A stretch of 64,000 nucleotides of DNA from Phoronis australis (taxonomy: Eukaryota > Animalia > Phoronida): NCBI GenBank assembly GCA_002633005.1, contig NMRA01000461.1, forward strand, positions 124,001 to 188,000. The letters are read 5' to 3'. The translations under genes and the position numbers were made by a program. This document shows, in pieces, positions 14,065-28,679 of this stretch. The notes under the pieces were generated by a model, which made no database searches, had not been told where the DNA came from, and saw only the letters and a list, made by a program, of their open reading frames with translations. Numbering within the stretch: the first letter of the stretch is position 1; each line of letters opens with the position of its first letter.

Positions 14065-14241
14065 GTTTGCACTCAAGAGCTCTCCCCGACCATGCACCTT
14101 GAGCACCGCAAACACGTCTTCGATCACCATCCTTTGGCAAATATCCGTTGGTGCACGTGTACGTTGCTATTCCTTCATATTCATGCGATGTAGCAACAAC
14201 TTGTGAATTTCTTTCCTTTGTAGGAGCCCCACAACTTTTCC
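14065..14241 (-). CDS. CCP/sushi exon S11 (RKSCGAPTKERNSQVVATSHEYEGIATYTCTNGYLPKDGDRRRVCGAQGAWSGRALECK)
   Basis: Divergent sushi, not in the ORF track; 177 nt; ttgtag / gtaagt; phase 1-1. Confidence 0.92.
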
Positions 14242-17200
14242 CTACAAATTTCCATTAATGACAAATTGCTAGTTTATATCAAGTGACAATATACTAAAAA
14301 CGTGAAGTGAATTACATGGGAAGACACTTGGGCCCGTTTAATGAGGCACGGAACACGGAATCTCTTAAAAATATATTTAAAACAATTCCTGACCAACGTA
14401 ACATATTGCAAAGTTCTAGTGCAGAGCAACTCACTTTCACCTGTGAGGAAATTTCTAGAAAAAAAAACCCACACAATTTATGTGCGCGAAGGAAAAACTC
14501 TTAGGTTACCACAGTTTCTTAGCTTTATGAAAATTGCTCTCATAGGCAGTTGCCTAAAGTTGTTTGAGGTCGAAGGAAAGTGTTCTACGTCTATATCTTG
14601 CCATACCAAATAAGAAGACGTGTTTTACCTTGTCAGAGAAAAATCAACAAAGTGGCGGGCATTTGACACATGTTTTTTTAAATTGAAACTAGAATAAAAT
14701 GGATTGATATCAAAAAGAAACAAACTCTAAATAAATAACTAATGTTATGACTTATGTATCAGTGGCAGAGAACCACTTTTGATATTGCAACTTATTATGT
14801 TGATCGCGTTCAAGGCAATTTTAATGAAACTCATCTGTCAACTTACATCGAAATCGTTCTCGTCTAGAACACATTTTTGACACCAGAAATGCAAGCATTG
14901 TTCATAGAAAAATATTGTTTTTGCTTGTTATCCCTCCCGCATTGAATCTGTAGAGGGAAATACGGCCATGTAATAAAGTTTTCCGTATTCACCTCCCGCA
15001 CCACTTCAACAGTGACCTCTGACATGGAAAGTTCAATAGGTCAATGTAGGTCAATGTCGGCTCGACGTCTTCAGCCGGTTCGATACTTAAACTTTCCGAA
15101 TATAGTTTAAAGTAATACAGTTGCAGCAGTGTAACTAACACTCGACCTGCAACCAGGCCCTGAACGTAAAATCTGGAACAAAAAAAACTGTTAATTATAA
15201 GACATGCATGTCTCAGTTTTCTATTGCTGAATAATATGTCGTCTGCAACACAGGCGCAGATTCCTAGGAAACTAAAATATCAAATATTTTCGTTTTTTTA
15301 ACTAGTTTTCGTTCACAGCCTAGTTGACGTTGTTTTCATCTTTGTTACCTCTTTTCAAGGAATAAATCGTTACTTTCAAAACGTTTTTTTATACAAGAGA
15401 AAATTTGCAACCTAACGCACAAGTACATACGCATAGGACGTGATACTCCATGTGAACAGTCTAGGTGAAGTATATGAAAAATCCGCCGAAAAAAGGAAGA
15501 AACTAAGGAATTCGAAGCGCATGGGATAAATACAAAGCGTACCCCGATTGGAGTACAAGAAGTAATATAAAACGAGACAACATTCCACGTATCGACCGAG
15601 ACCAAAGGTCGAGGTCGATATCCCACTCTCGGCATGTTTTGTGTATTTAAATGCCAGAGAAAATAATTTATTGCAAAGCAAATTACTCCGCTCATAATTC
15701 GTAGCCTCTTTGAGCGCCCCAGAAAAATCTCAACCAATCACCGTAAAGTGATTAATATGACATTATCATAGCCAAGAAATTTCTCGGAAGCCACACTGAG
15801 TAACAGTTGAGTGCCATTTCTTGGACGTTCTGTACTTGTCGGTCTCTGGGCTTAAATACCGCGTTGCGTGGTGTACGGATGTAGCAATTTCAGCTGCAAT
15901 GACTTACATAGGCGCACCTTCGCCACCGATCCCGTCGTGAGCCGTGTGTGGAATAGATTCGTATCCACGACAAGACTGGCCACAAAATTCCCGATTAGCA
16001 AGATCTGTTTTGTACTAGGTGCAAAGCTGTACACAAAATCTACAGCTTCGCGCCGTTGTGGATAAAAATGACTAAATAAAATCTGACTCAGAAATAGTGA
16101 TTATAAAGCAGCACCGCTCTTTGAGTGAACCAAATTATTACCGGTGTTGGAAAACTTATCGTTCTACTGCTCATCTACTGCTAAAATTGAAGTGCGCTTG
16201 CGGTAGTCGGCTTTCGGCGATTACGCCTCCTGACCTGAACAGGTTCTTTTCCCCTAGTTTGTTTTTATCAACTGTTCCTTGCTTCCACGAGGTTGCGTAG
16301 GCCTGCTGTCACAACAGACTTTAGGAAATGGTTTCATTTCGTTACAAGTTTTTCGTAATTTTAAGACCAGCAAACCGAATTTTAGAAAACAAACTACACT
16401 GCCGCGAAGCTGTCACCATGTCCCAAAAGATCATGTCGCGTGTCACAAGCGTACTGTTTTCAAGACGACGACAGACATTCGTCATTACAAAACTCAGAGG
16501 GGGAGAGTAGTGCTAGAAAATGACGTTGATGAGATTGTTTTCCACTTAAAGACTGGCAACAGGCAAGGTGAACGTTTCAATAGTCTCCCAGATTTTGCAT
16601 GCATCCCGTCGGTCGTTGGCTATGCGATATAATTTTCACAAGGTGACTAACACAACAAGTACACGGCCTGTATGAAAGTTCGTGGTGTAGCGGAGCTCAA
16701 TTCACAACGTTAACCAACTGTATTTTGGCGATAGTCTTCAAACAGCTAGCTGGCCGGCTACAAAATATTGCATTGCTCACTTCGAAGTTTCGTGTTAGTG
16801 TTCCGGTCCAGAGTATAGGGAACCGGCCCAAATTGGAATATCCTGTCTCGGTTGGGTTGTTCCCGTAGGTCTAACTGATAATGAATTTAAAGCGTTAATT
16901 ACAATTTCTTATACATGTAATTATTTCTGTTTTCATGCACTCCAGACCTTATTTTGTAGTTTTAATATATTACAGACACTCACAACGTTGTGTTGCTACT
17001 AAATTTTCAATCTTTTGAGTTTGACCGAGTCAAGATGGCGGCGATTGCGGGTTGCAGTGTTTCAAGGCGAATTATTTTGAATATTGAGTTTCTACTATAA
17101 AATTTTCATTGAATATGAATATAATTGCTGATGAAGCTGATATGTGTTTTGACGTTTCCAAGTTTTTTGCACCAACTTAAACGGCCTATTGTCGCCTATT

Positions 17201-18087
17201 CTAATACGGGACACACACACGACAGCTGCCCGGATCGCGCAGCGTTCACACCTTCGCAAGCTTCAAGAACATATGAATGCAAACTTCTTAACATCAATTT
17301 TTGCATCAAGAGAATTATACTTTAAAATAAACATTTTTAAGTTGCCTGATAACAATTCGGACGAAGCATTTTGTTTTTCCAGCTGTTTCGGTGACCCCAG
17401 TCACACTCCAAGGGATTCCCCTGCGGGCCGCGAATAGAATGAGTGCTAAATAGTTGAATAAACAACTTTAAAGGTAATTATTTTCATCACATTTAATTTT
17501 GATTGGCATGAAATGAACAATTTGAGGTTTTTCCTTTATTTACACGTGTTTTGAACTAAATTAAACGGCCAGTCATTGATGATTGCAATATTATACAGTA
17601 GCGACACGGTGTGAAGCCGTCGTAACCATGATGTCATATACTTTGATTAGTAAAGCGCCATCTCAAGTTTTTATCGCGCCAAACGGGGCTAATGCATTGT
17701 CAAAGTCCTACTTAATTAACGACTGGGGTATGCTATGACATAGTATTTTGATGTTTCTCAACAATAAATGTATTTTAGGTGCAAAAATATTCATTGTGGC
17801 TCCATATTAGGCCTTTAAGATTCTACTTTTCGTAAAAATTACCAAAACGACATGTAGTAATTTTACCAGTATATATTGTGGAGGAACACGTTCGATTCGT
17901 TGACAATTTTTGCAATTTAATGTTAACTTGAAGACTAATGCTTTCGTTTCGAGAACCGGCACAGGAGGTTGAGACGCAGCAGTTCATATTTCGGGCACAT
18001 TTTATAGCCTTACCAGGGTTTCTTCATCAAAATGATGTATATACATTCCCATTTAGGGCTTCCATGTAATTATTCAAACACCACCAG

Positions 18088-18540
18088 GTTACAGGTAAAT
18101 CTTACGAAGAGCATTTGAAAAACTTAGAGAAAGTTCTAGATCGATTGAAAGAATTTGGGTTGAGATTAAGAAAATGCAAATGTGCATTCATGAAGGATTC
18201 AGTGGAGTATTTGTACCACGTTATTGACCAAACTGGAGTTCATAAATCTAAGGAAAAGGTTGATTTGATTATGAACATGCCATTACCAAAGGATATGTCT
18301 GGTAGAAGTTATTTGGGTCTTCTAAATTAATATAGACGCTACATAAGCGATATGTCCATAGTCACTGCGCCTTTGACTGCAATGTTGCAGAAAAATAGCT
18401 TTCAAAACTCAAAAAACGCATTGAAAGAACTTGGATTTCTGGTTCTTATTAACTCAGAATTACCAGTAACCGTGGCAGCGGATGCATCTCCCGAGGGTGT
18501 AGGTGAGGTATTGTCGCATATTGTAGAGGCAGAAGAAAGA
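18088..18540 (+). mobile_element. Gypsy LTR retrotransposon pol fragment (RT C-terminus, connection and RNase H start)
   Basis: EEHLKNLEKVLDRLKEFGLRL..KC.F...VEYL, RSYLGLLN*Y and ADASPEGVGEVLSH motifs, with a stop and deletions. Confidence 0.9.
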
Positions 18541-18992
18541 CTCTTCAAGACTAACATCTGGAAACACTTCATCATTGACAGTTGGAATAACAATGTGGTC
18601 AGGCTTAACACTTTCAAAATCAGCTGATTCACCAACATGAGATTTGAGACTTCTAGGCAACAATTGATCAACATATCGTTTACACACTCCATTGTCAACT
18701 TGTACCTCATATATCACAGAACCAAGTTTACATGTAATAATACCAGGTATCCACTTGTCTTTACCACTGTAATTTCTCTTACGTACTTTATCACTAACAT
18801 TAAAAACTCTCACACGAGAACCTCTACTTTTGTCTTCCATGATTTTGTGCTGTTTCTCTGCCATTTGATTTTGGAAATCAGGTTTCACCAAATCTAAACG
18901 ATTTCTTAAACGTCTCTTCATGAACATCATTGCTGGTGTTTCATTTGTTGTACTGTGCGGCGCATTTCGATACGCTAACAAAAATTGTCTAA
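18541..18992 (-). mobile_element. Gypsy integrase C-terminal fragment, opposite orientation
   Basis: FLLAYRNAPHSTTNETPAMMF...KWIPG.I...G.V.YEV...KRYVDQL. Confidence 0.9.
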
Positions 18993-19843
18993 TTTGGTTT
19001 GAATCGAACCGCTTTCAGGTTTTTATAATGAAGCGAACTACATGTGATTGCCTACTTTATTTGCCAAAGGTAGGTACACAACAAAGACCACAACTCGACT
19101 TTGTGGTCTTATCCTTCTTTTTGTCTGCGGTCTTAACTAAGCCCGAATTTTAATATTAACTTCTATAAATGTTTGGCTTTAGGAGTGTAGTACATTTCAG
19201 GACATGCAAAAATCCATAGAGAGGTTATACATAATATGTCACGGATTTGGTTCAAAATATCCATTTTGTTTACTTTCGTAATTCAATTATTAAAATGCAG
19301 CTTAAACAAATCCTGCCCGTTAATTACATGTACCTTAAAAATCAGACACCTCAAAGCATCAAGTTTCACACTCAAATCCCATTCTTGTTAATTTTTAACT
19401 AATTGCAGAAGCTACTGGTCAATGTAACAGCGTGTTTTGGTCATAACAAAGACTTTAAATAAAAGTTGACGTTATACCTAAAATTCCATTGAAGGTTCAT
19501 ATGGTGAAAGAAGCAAAATAAAAAATCTTACCAATCTTTGAGAATGTGGATCTCAACAGAAGCCAAATTTTTCAGTTAAAAAACTAATTTTAAGTCTGAT
19601 TTATCTGATCAAATAGATATATGGCACCATGACTACCTACAGAAATGTATAGTCACAGCCACCACAACCAAAGTGAGCACTTGTGGCAATCACCACTAAT
19701 TAACGAATGCCTCAGTTTAAAGTGCTAACATTGTTTTGGTTCATTCGATGAAACATAAAATGAAATAAAATAGAATAAAAACAGCAATATCTTTTTCATA
19801 TTAATTATCTTCTTCTTTTAAAGGCCTCATCAGAGCAAAACTT

Positions 19844-20706
19844 GATGGAAAGGAACTCCAAGGTTACAAGGTCACTATTCAGAAGGTTCATCACTCCGAA
19901 AGTCCACTACTCCGAAGTTACTACGAAGGTTCGCTACATTCGATAGTTCACTACTTCGAATGTCCACATTTATGAAACCAGAAATCCGACAGTTTATTGC
20001 TCTGATTGTCCGACGGTCTGCTAACGAGACGGAACTGACAGAAAAGTGTTGCATTTGTGCCCATTTAGTAGCTATTTAAAGGGTGTATAAAGTCGAATAG
20101 TTACACTGTTCACAAATGAGCTCAGTTCCAATCACTGACAATCGTGAATCTTCAATCTAACGAACGACACATTCAGTCTCAAGGAGGGACAACATCGTGT
20201 CAGGATCTCCGCCAGCAAAAGCTGTGGTTTTAAATCCAAGAAAAAAGAATGGAACTCTTCGATATCGTGAAGACTTATAGGGAAAGGGTAGCCTAACAGG
20301 TACATCTAGTTTCGACCTGGCCATACGCGTGGTTCCGATGGGTGAGTTTGAGACGCAGCAGCCCTAAACTAGCAACCTTGAATGAATTTGATGAATGCAT
20401 CGTGGCTGATAATTCATCAATATTCCTAGGCCTACTTCATAATCTTTTAAAAATTCAAGTACACACTAATTTCCGTATTCTAATGACATGCGGGGAATTA
20501 CACATGCGCATGAAACCTGGCGTTGTTTGCGCATATAGGTACACCAAATTGTGCATCTAATAACCGAAATGTCGTTTATTTTTGCAGGTAAAAGAGGATA
20601 TCTGATACACCCAAGACCGAAAAGTTAGATCTTTTCGGAGTAGTGAACCTTCAGAATAGCGAAACTTCAGAATAGTGTACCTTTGGAATGTTGGACTGTT
20701 CCCATC
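19844..20706. mobile_element. TIR element with subterminal ~15-bp tandem repeats (CACTACTCCGAAGGTT-like); second copy at about 32274-33136
   Basis: Inverted arrays of the same motif at both ends; TSD not resolved. Confidence 0.6.
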
Positions 20707-22347
20707 CACAGCGATATAAGCAAGTTATTAAGTAACACGCAAAATACAACCTTATCAAAATATTCAAGTCCATCATGCTCCGATTAATTATTTGCGGCCG
20801 AGTATGTGATGAGGTGTAGTCACTCATTTAAGTACGCCCTGTTTGAAAGTTTGACAGGGAGTAATGTGGATGCATTCTCTTTCTGGATTTTGCATCCGAA
20901 TTGGGGTCCCGTTCCTTGTGAGCAACCGCCAGGGCATCCTCATTTCTGGTATTACGAATTCCGTGTGGTATTCGTTGAGAGCATAGAGCTGATAGGTGTC
21001 GTTGTGTACATAGATTTCCTCCCCTCTAGTTCAGCTGCGTCAAGGGCCTTACCGAAAACTCTACAGTGTCGATGTTTGTAAGACATGGAAGGTCCACAGC
21101 ACAAGAATTTCAAACCACCCCCGCGGGCCTGTCCTGACATGTACACAGGGTTTTGTCTGACTACTTTTGGGATGTGCTGTATTTTACATGTCTCTGAAAC
21201 TCGTCCACACGAAATGCACTATTGCCGCAATCCCGTTTACTAAATAATCTCTTGTCGAAGTCTGAATGTTTGATCTTCCTCAGTAATACGTTGACTTTTC
21301 AAGGCAAAGGACTGTACACGTTTCCCAAAGTGATCGGGAGCTACTGGAAGCAAAAACAACTTCCAATTGACTGAAATGGGAGCCATTTTGCATTTGATTC
21401 AGAGTTGAGCTCGATGAATTGGCCAAACAGATATTTCTGGGGTCAAAATGTGCACGTGCTGCCAGAATAATTAAACTCAGCCAATCAAAACCGCTGATAG
21501 TGCCATGGAACGATACAGCAATTAAAAAAGCAGTCTTGATATATCGTCCTAATGAGAGTTTGCGGGATATAATTGCACCTGTTCAATATCGTTCCCTGTC
21601 AATTGGACCTTGCTTAATACCGACATTAGAAATTTGTCCAAACCGAAAGAAACTTTTTCTCATTTTGCTGAAAAGTTATGTGTAATGTTTCGTACTACGC
21701 ATCCAAAAGGCACGGTAATTGATCATATACATTTTCCAGGATACCGCAGTATGGTCTTGGTAAAGGTGGAAACAAATCAATGGAAAACGGACTTTGTTTA
21801 AGTCTGACAAAGAGTTTATTGAACCAAATGTACATGTGTACTTGTACACGTTATATTTAAACAAAACAATGGAGCACTCCTCAGATAAAAAATCACCTAA
21901 TGAAAATGTGATGTACATAGACATATTTATTGGGTCTTCCTTTAAATCAGCGTGCAAACATTGACATCGATGGAAAGGTTAACAAACCGTGAAGGCGACA
22001 CTCCTCAGGGACATGCATATCCTCACACAGGACCCAATTTCGGTTCGTTCACTAGGAAAATCGCAGTTGTTTCCGTGTAATGGTTTCTGCTCTTTGACAG
22101 ATATGGAGTTCTGAGTTAGGAATGTGGCAGCCTAAGCTTTCCAAAGGTTTTGCAAAAATGTTGCAATTAACTTCCTTGATCCGATAAAGGTGGAGTGGTC
22201 TACCAGGTTTGTCGGCACTACTCGTGCTGGGCTTGGTTAGAGGCTGTCGCTAACAAATTAGATTACATTTGCCGCGCTATCAACGTTCAGGTAAGGCAAG
22301 CAATAGCGATAAGACACTCAACAGTATATCTTAGATTATTGACTTAC

Positions 22348-22524
22348 TAGAACATTCAAGTGGTATTCCCGTCCAGTTGCCATCGGCGTCGCAGGTACGT
22401 ATTAGGTTACCACGAGACTGCTCATATCCGGTGACGCAAGAGTATTGGGCTTTTCCTTCGTAAAGTTCCGAGCTAGCTTCAACAGCGGTATTGATGCTGT
22501 GGCGTGGCTTTCCACATTTTTTCC
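22348..22524 (-). CDS. CCP/sushi exon S10 (duplicate of S7)
   Basis: 177 nt; 5 aa differences from S7; intact splice sites. Confidence 0.92.
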
Positions 22525-23016
22525 CTATAAATTGCCAGTGCTAGCATATAGCTTTTTCAATTAGAGAAATCTTGCAGAACGGCCAACATTAAGACAGGCT
22601 AAATCAGGCAGAACTTTCACTATGAGCATCGCAGTTATTTTGTTGTAATGTCTTTCTCAAACGCCGAATACTGAGGTTGGAACAGGGCCATCTAAGCTTT
22701 CTTAAGGCTTAGCAGTAATGTTGTATTTAACTTCCGTGATCTGATATGCGTGGCGTGGTCTTGCGTTCAGTAACGCTAAGACCTACTCTATGACAAGGTC
22801 ACTTGTTCTCATTAAAAATACACGGTAATATCTCAAGTAATGTCGCGAAGTCTTGCTTTTTAGTGTGGCCCTATAGCTTTACTAAACCGGATGCAGGTGT
22901 ATCGGAACTACGGGTAACAGATTTGGGACGAGACTGTCCTCTACAAACTACAAAACATTGGCTGTGTAATAAAAGTTCATTAAAAACTAGCAACAGGAAT
23001 GGGATCACTGACTTAC

Positions 23017-23193
23017 TAGAACATTCAAGTGGTCCTCCTGTCCAGTTACCATCAGCGTCGCAGGTACGTGATAGGTTACCCCCTGACTGTTCATATCCCG
23101 TGTCGCAAGAATATTGAGCTGTTCCTTCGTACAGTTCCGAGTTAGCCTCAACAGTGGTATTGCTGTTGTTGTCTGGCTTTCCGCAATTTTTTC
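23017..23193 (-). CDS. CCP/sushi exon S9 (duplicate of S6)
   Basis: 177 nt; 4 aa differences from S6; intact splice sites. Confidence 0.92.
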
Positions 23194-26100
23194 CTACAAT
23201 TTCGCAATGCTAGCATGCACTTTATTTAGGAAAAATCTGTCAGAACGACGAAAATTAAGAAGCAAAACTATCGGATTTTATTTAAGTGACAAGGGAATCG
23301 AAATTGATGCTGTCAGAGTAATTTCACATGGTTTGCAGAACGGCAAAGTTCTCAACGAGAATTACTCGAGCAATTTTTACTTGTCCGAAAGTAACCAAAA
23401 AGTGTGACCACCATTAAGTAAAACATCGACAATGTTTGGGAAACTAACTCAAACATACGGAAACTTCCATGTGGCATATTTACATAAGATTTAATTGATT
23501 TTTAGCAACGGGTTCACAATGTAATACCTCAATAAAATAACAGAATACCTAAACTGAAATTGAAAACAGTATGAATGAATTTGATTTCGTTAACTGAACA
23601 GATACCCTGCAAATGTTCTTGCCAAATTTGTAGAAGCTTGTTGTGTTTTTCATGGCTCCTTGATTCAAATCTTAAAACTTCTTCTTGCCAATACCTTAGT
23701 TTCCTTGTCTAGAACCCAAGGACTTCATTATCAACTTAACTGTCAGTCCACAAGAGCACCAACAGTTTGTGTCACCTGTCTTGAAACTATTGTGTATGCC
23801 TCTATGCATTATAGTGAGATATGTTCAAAATGTTTATTTGAAACATTTCTAACCGTTCTTTTTAATGAATATTTTGGCCCGAAATAACCCATGTCTGGTT
23901 CAAAAAGGTTGAGTTAGAATTATTGTAAAACGGTTTAAAAGAAAGGGAATGAAACACCTTTACTATGTTTATTTAGAAATCGAACCCTTCTGTCTGAACA
24001 CTGTTTGGGACTTCAAAAAGAGTTTCCATTAACCTTCATTGAAGTTTTGAAATTTGGTAAATTCGGCGCCAGTTTTCCGGGGGCTGGTGGAATCTAATAT
24101 TAAAAAACAAAAATTACAAATTAAAACTTTTTTGTTTTCAAGCAACATCCGATAGAAATGACACAGCATCGGGTAATTTAATGTGCCAGGCAACATACAG
24201 TTGTGTATTTAAAGCTCATAAATAGGCTTCATTAATTTTGGAAAGATGTTTTTATGGTGATCAATTAATTTTTAGGTAATTCCCAATACTGCTGGTCCCC
24301 TGGTGACAGTGTCCTTAAATATAATTATTTTATGAAATTTCCCGAAATTTGGCCCTCTAGGAAACGATGTCACATGCATGTTTGGAAACGACTATTTGAT
24401 ATTTATCTAATTTCCGTAAAGATATTTTTTGTCAACTGTTGTAGCGGATGATCACTTTGGTTAAGTTCTAGGGGTCGTTTACGTTTTGCACTCTGCCCTC
24501 ATCCTCGTTTTCGATTTCTTACTTCAAATATGCATGTTTTTGAATGACACTAAAATGGGGGCCTCAAAAGTGTCAGTCTTAGTATTTTGGAAATCATTCA
24601 TATGTCTAACCTGTTCACCTACGTCATCTGTTCATTTATGATGTGCCCTGGTAATATGAGCTCTATCATTTTAACGGATTCCTTGCCAAACTTAAATTTT
24701 TACTTCTGACACTCCCATTGGAGATCAAATTACATCACTGAATTACAGTGGATGCACGGGGTCCAAATTGTCACTGTAGCTAAGCCATGCATCTAGCAAA
24801 GAGATCTCAGTACATGATAATTTGTAAGACAAAATGACCTTACATGTAACAATTTTGCCACAATATCAATAAGTAACTTACATGTAGAATTCCAGCAACA
24901 CAGGCTGAACCGAAAATAAGTTAAGTATGAAGTGGACATTCATAATTGTTACCATGGCGACTCAGTTGCACAAAACCACTGGCTTCAAACTAGAATTTGA
25001 CAAGTATGACAATACAAAGATGAAGCTATGAAGCAGAAATATTTGAATAAGCTTCTTATATAACAATCCAAGTGAAGCTTATTTCTGTACATCAAGTAAT
25101 ATTTTTCTTGTTTTTCAATTCCGAAGTCTTGTGGCACATAATCATATCTTCAAGAAAAGTTGATTTTCAATCAAAAACGATGAAAACCATTTCAACTATT
25201 TTAAGGAGTTCGTGATTGAATTTGTATTTCCCATTGATATAAATAAAATATCCATATTATGACACAATAAGTGGAAATCGTGTGCACCTATGACAATGTG
25301 GACGGTAGATTATGGTTCATGGTTCATCACAAATCGCCTTGTTGACCAAGGTGAATTGTGAGTGACTTAGGCACTCAGTATGTTATATCTACGACATTTA
25401 ATTATGATGTCAACTTTTGTATTCAACAGGATGGTAGATAAAGATATGTGTCACTGAAATTCATTGTTGGAGTATTCGTGAAAATATCTTTTGAGCAGTT
25501 CTGAAATCGTAACCTACATGTATGCCGCTGAAATCCATGATGACCGACCCAATACAAATTGAGTCAAAGTTTGACATATGAACAGAGATAACCGTTAAAG
25601 GCATCAATACATTTTGACATTTTTTCTTGCGCTGTTTTTTCAGATATTGATGAATTTCCAGTGATGTAGGATTTTGTCTACAAAGTGAAAACATAATTTT
25701 CGGTTCTTCTACTTCAATTACTCTCGAACCTTCATCTAAAAATAAATGTTTACGAATAACAAATAAATCGCCGTGAAATAGTGCACCAAACGGAATATTT
25801 CATTAGTGACATTTAACATTTTAGACATCATAATGATGTCTGACATATCCATCCCCTATTTCACTCATATAGCGTTCATAACTGACAGTGGGTCAGAGTT
25901 TAGACAGGCACGCCTGATGACATGTAGGCCTTGTAGCAGTACGCAAGAGGGTTGACGCCCTTAGAGGCGATATTAGGCTGGCATGAATGATTCATGTTAT
26001 TTTCAATTATTTCTCCTTGAACCATTTACAGTGTAAGGAAGGTGCAAAAAACATTCGCTTAAGAAGTTTATAATACGCAATAATTGTGAATGTGGTGAAT

Positions 26101-26364
26101 CATAGATCGGTGAAACATTAAAGTGTAATTTGCATGGTCCAAGTATGTTAAATTGCAATAATATCTTCAAGGTTTGCTGTTTGGATGTATTTTATACATT
26201 ATTATTGTATCTTTAGTTATTTTAAAAAAGAGAAAATAAGAAAACGCGCGAAAAGTTGACCTTTGACACCGTGACATGGTGTTGGGGAACACAAACCAGA
26301 TCATATCCCACAATGCAGTTCACTGCTATTATATCACAGTACACAACATTGGCGTGTTTTAGCC

Positions 26365-27405
26365 ATGGTGCGTGTGCGTGCGGTGTGTGTGTGTGTGCTA
26401 ACTATTTTAACACCACACGGGTGGAAGGCATGAGCCCATTTAAATTCTAAAAAGACAAGCATCTGGCTGTGTAATGGCAGGTTTTCGTGTGCTCTGCTCC
26501 TCTTTTGAAAATGACTGTCGAGTCAGCCATCTGTCGGAACCGAAATATGCTCCGACCATTTTGAGGACGGCTGGTTTGACGACAAACACATCATGAAGGT
26601 TGAAGCTGGTCTTATAAAAAGGTAAGTTACCTTGAGAATTTTGATGTCTAATAATTCATGACGCTTTCGCAGTGCCTGAACAATAACAATCTTTTTTCAC
26701 AATCACCGTAGTTCTCAAGTGTTTAAAATATGTTGTTTTTCCGTGAAAGATTTAGTATAAATGGATCAGTAAAACTAAAAGCCACAACAAATATAGCTGA
26801 TCTCAAAAGATGCATGTATTTTGAAAAGAATGTAGACTATGAATAAAGTAAAACAGGAAGGTAACTCAATTCCAAGGTTTTGATTATTAAAGTAGTTGGC
26901 TTCAAAAAAAAACAAAGAAAACACAGGATTAAAATCTAGTTTTGGCATTTGCTTGAAGGTTATAAAAGAAGGCGAAAACTTGCATTTGGTATCATCGTGC
27001 TTTACTTTAATCATGGACTTTTCTGGATTCAAATTGTTTTTTTACTTTTGAATTGCCGCTGTTGTGCTTTTCAGAGTATGTAAATGAAAGGAGAACACCT
27101 TCCACTTAGAGCGCAACAAAAGAGACGCTGGAGATCTTAAAATTCGCTTAGAAATTGATGCCCCTCCAATGCCCACTGCTGGTGCTCCAGATGTGTCCAA
27201 GGAGGATGCCGTGGCACAGATAAATTCAGACTTGGTGCTTTATCAATGGACAGCACTGGAATTTCTTTCCGTCACATATTTAACAGTCACTGCCAATGTT
27301 TTAGATCAAATTGTTGATAGTGGTACTGATAGCAATGCCAGAGTGTTTATGGTACCAGTAGTGAAAAACTTTTGTGTGTGGCATTTGGCTGTCCCATTTC
27401 TATAG
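26365..27405 (+). pseudogene. THAP-domain transposase N-terminus of the Kolobok element, disrupted
   Basis: CVC-NT-G-S-FKF*KD-W-FV...ICSDHFEDGWF THAP signature with stops and frameshifts; intron AG|gtaagt (26622) to tttcag (27074). Confidence 0.75.
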
Positions 27406-27442
27406 ATAAACCCAGTGATGTACTAAGTTCTTATATTGAAAC

Positions 27443-27580
27443 TAGTGGCAGATTTAGAGGGGGGCATGCCCCCTAGAATTCTCCCAGATTCCATTTGGTG
27501 GTGCGAATGTCTGACAGGCAAAATCCTGACTAATACCGTGCCCTGGCCCCCCCTAACTCAAATTCCTGGATCCACACCTG
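27443..27580. mobile_element. MITE with 5-bp TSD GAAAC, nested in the Kolobok element
   Basis: Imperfect TIR TAGTGGCAGATTTA / TGGATCCACACCTG; GAAAC on both sides. Confidence 0.7.
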
Positions 27581-28679
27581 GAAACATTTCAATTGTTCTT
27601 CAGTACAATGACTGTAAATATTGCGGCATACCTTTTTTAAGTATATTTGATTTGCACTAAACTGTTGCTGTCCCATACAGTGGGTCGGTATAGGAAGACT
27701 TAATTAAGTGGGGGTGAAAAGGTGGTTTGGGTTTGGGTGTTCAGTCTTTTCCTGCGACAATCTCATCTAAATTGTACACAGAATAATCACTTGCACAGAA
27801 TTCGAACATTGTCTAGGGAATTTTTGAGTGAGTGGTATAAGCATTCCCTCCAGATTTCCCAATTCCTACTCATGTGCGTACTTTTTGTGTTTTCACACCA
27901 TGTCATAGACATCTAAAGCTATTGCATACTGGAGCTTATGGGTTGAGATTCAGTGGTTGCTGTGTCGTGTAAATTGATTTCTCATTGAATTACAGTAGAA
28001 CTCGCAAACTTGTATCCAGTGAGACTGAGATATTTCATCAAAGTTAGAGTTATTTGGAGGCGTTACTGCGGAATTAATGCTAACCTTTCTAAAGTTCCCA
28101 CTGAAGCGCTACCAATTTAGAGAGTTTTACTGTATAAGAAGAGGGCAGAAGATTCAGTCTCGACTTCAGACTATGGCCCAGATTCAAAACTTTTATTTTT
28201 TTATGTAACAGCCACTGATCAATGTGTTCGCTTCAAGCACACAAACTGGGCTCCAATGAGACAAATTCCTCTGTTTACATAGGTAAACCATAAGTTTAAC
28301 TGATGTTGAATTTAGAGGTTTATAATGTAGTCCTAGTAAAATTACACTTGTCATGAGCATGTTATCATAAGTAACCAGATTGATAAGCATAAATAAATGC
28401 TGCTCACTGTGTTAATTATTTACCAGTCTGAAACCACAGACATCTATTCATGGAATGCCGAATTCAATTTCATGCCGCCGAGGTTGCACTGCGATTACAT
28501 TCGTTTGTTACGATGTTTGATCTTTCTATGGAATTTGTCTCTACAACTTTTGCAACTCGTTTGAATTACATAAAACAAGTCCCCGAGTCACAAGTTTTTA
28601 ACAGAATACATAGGTCATGTGGAGGAGTTGGCATTCCAGGGCTAAGACAACTGTTGAAATCTATAAATGGGTGAAACTT

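Noticed and set aside
17468-17818. TTAA|AGG ... CCT|TTAA segment as a Kolobok MITE
   Set aside because: The inverted match beyond the first few bases is too weak to support a call.
19860-19975. Short spaced repeats resembling a CRISPR array
   Set aside because: They are contiguous ~15-bp subterminal transposon repeats without unique spacers, in a eukaryotic context with no cas genes.
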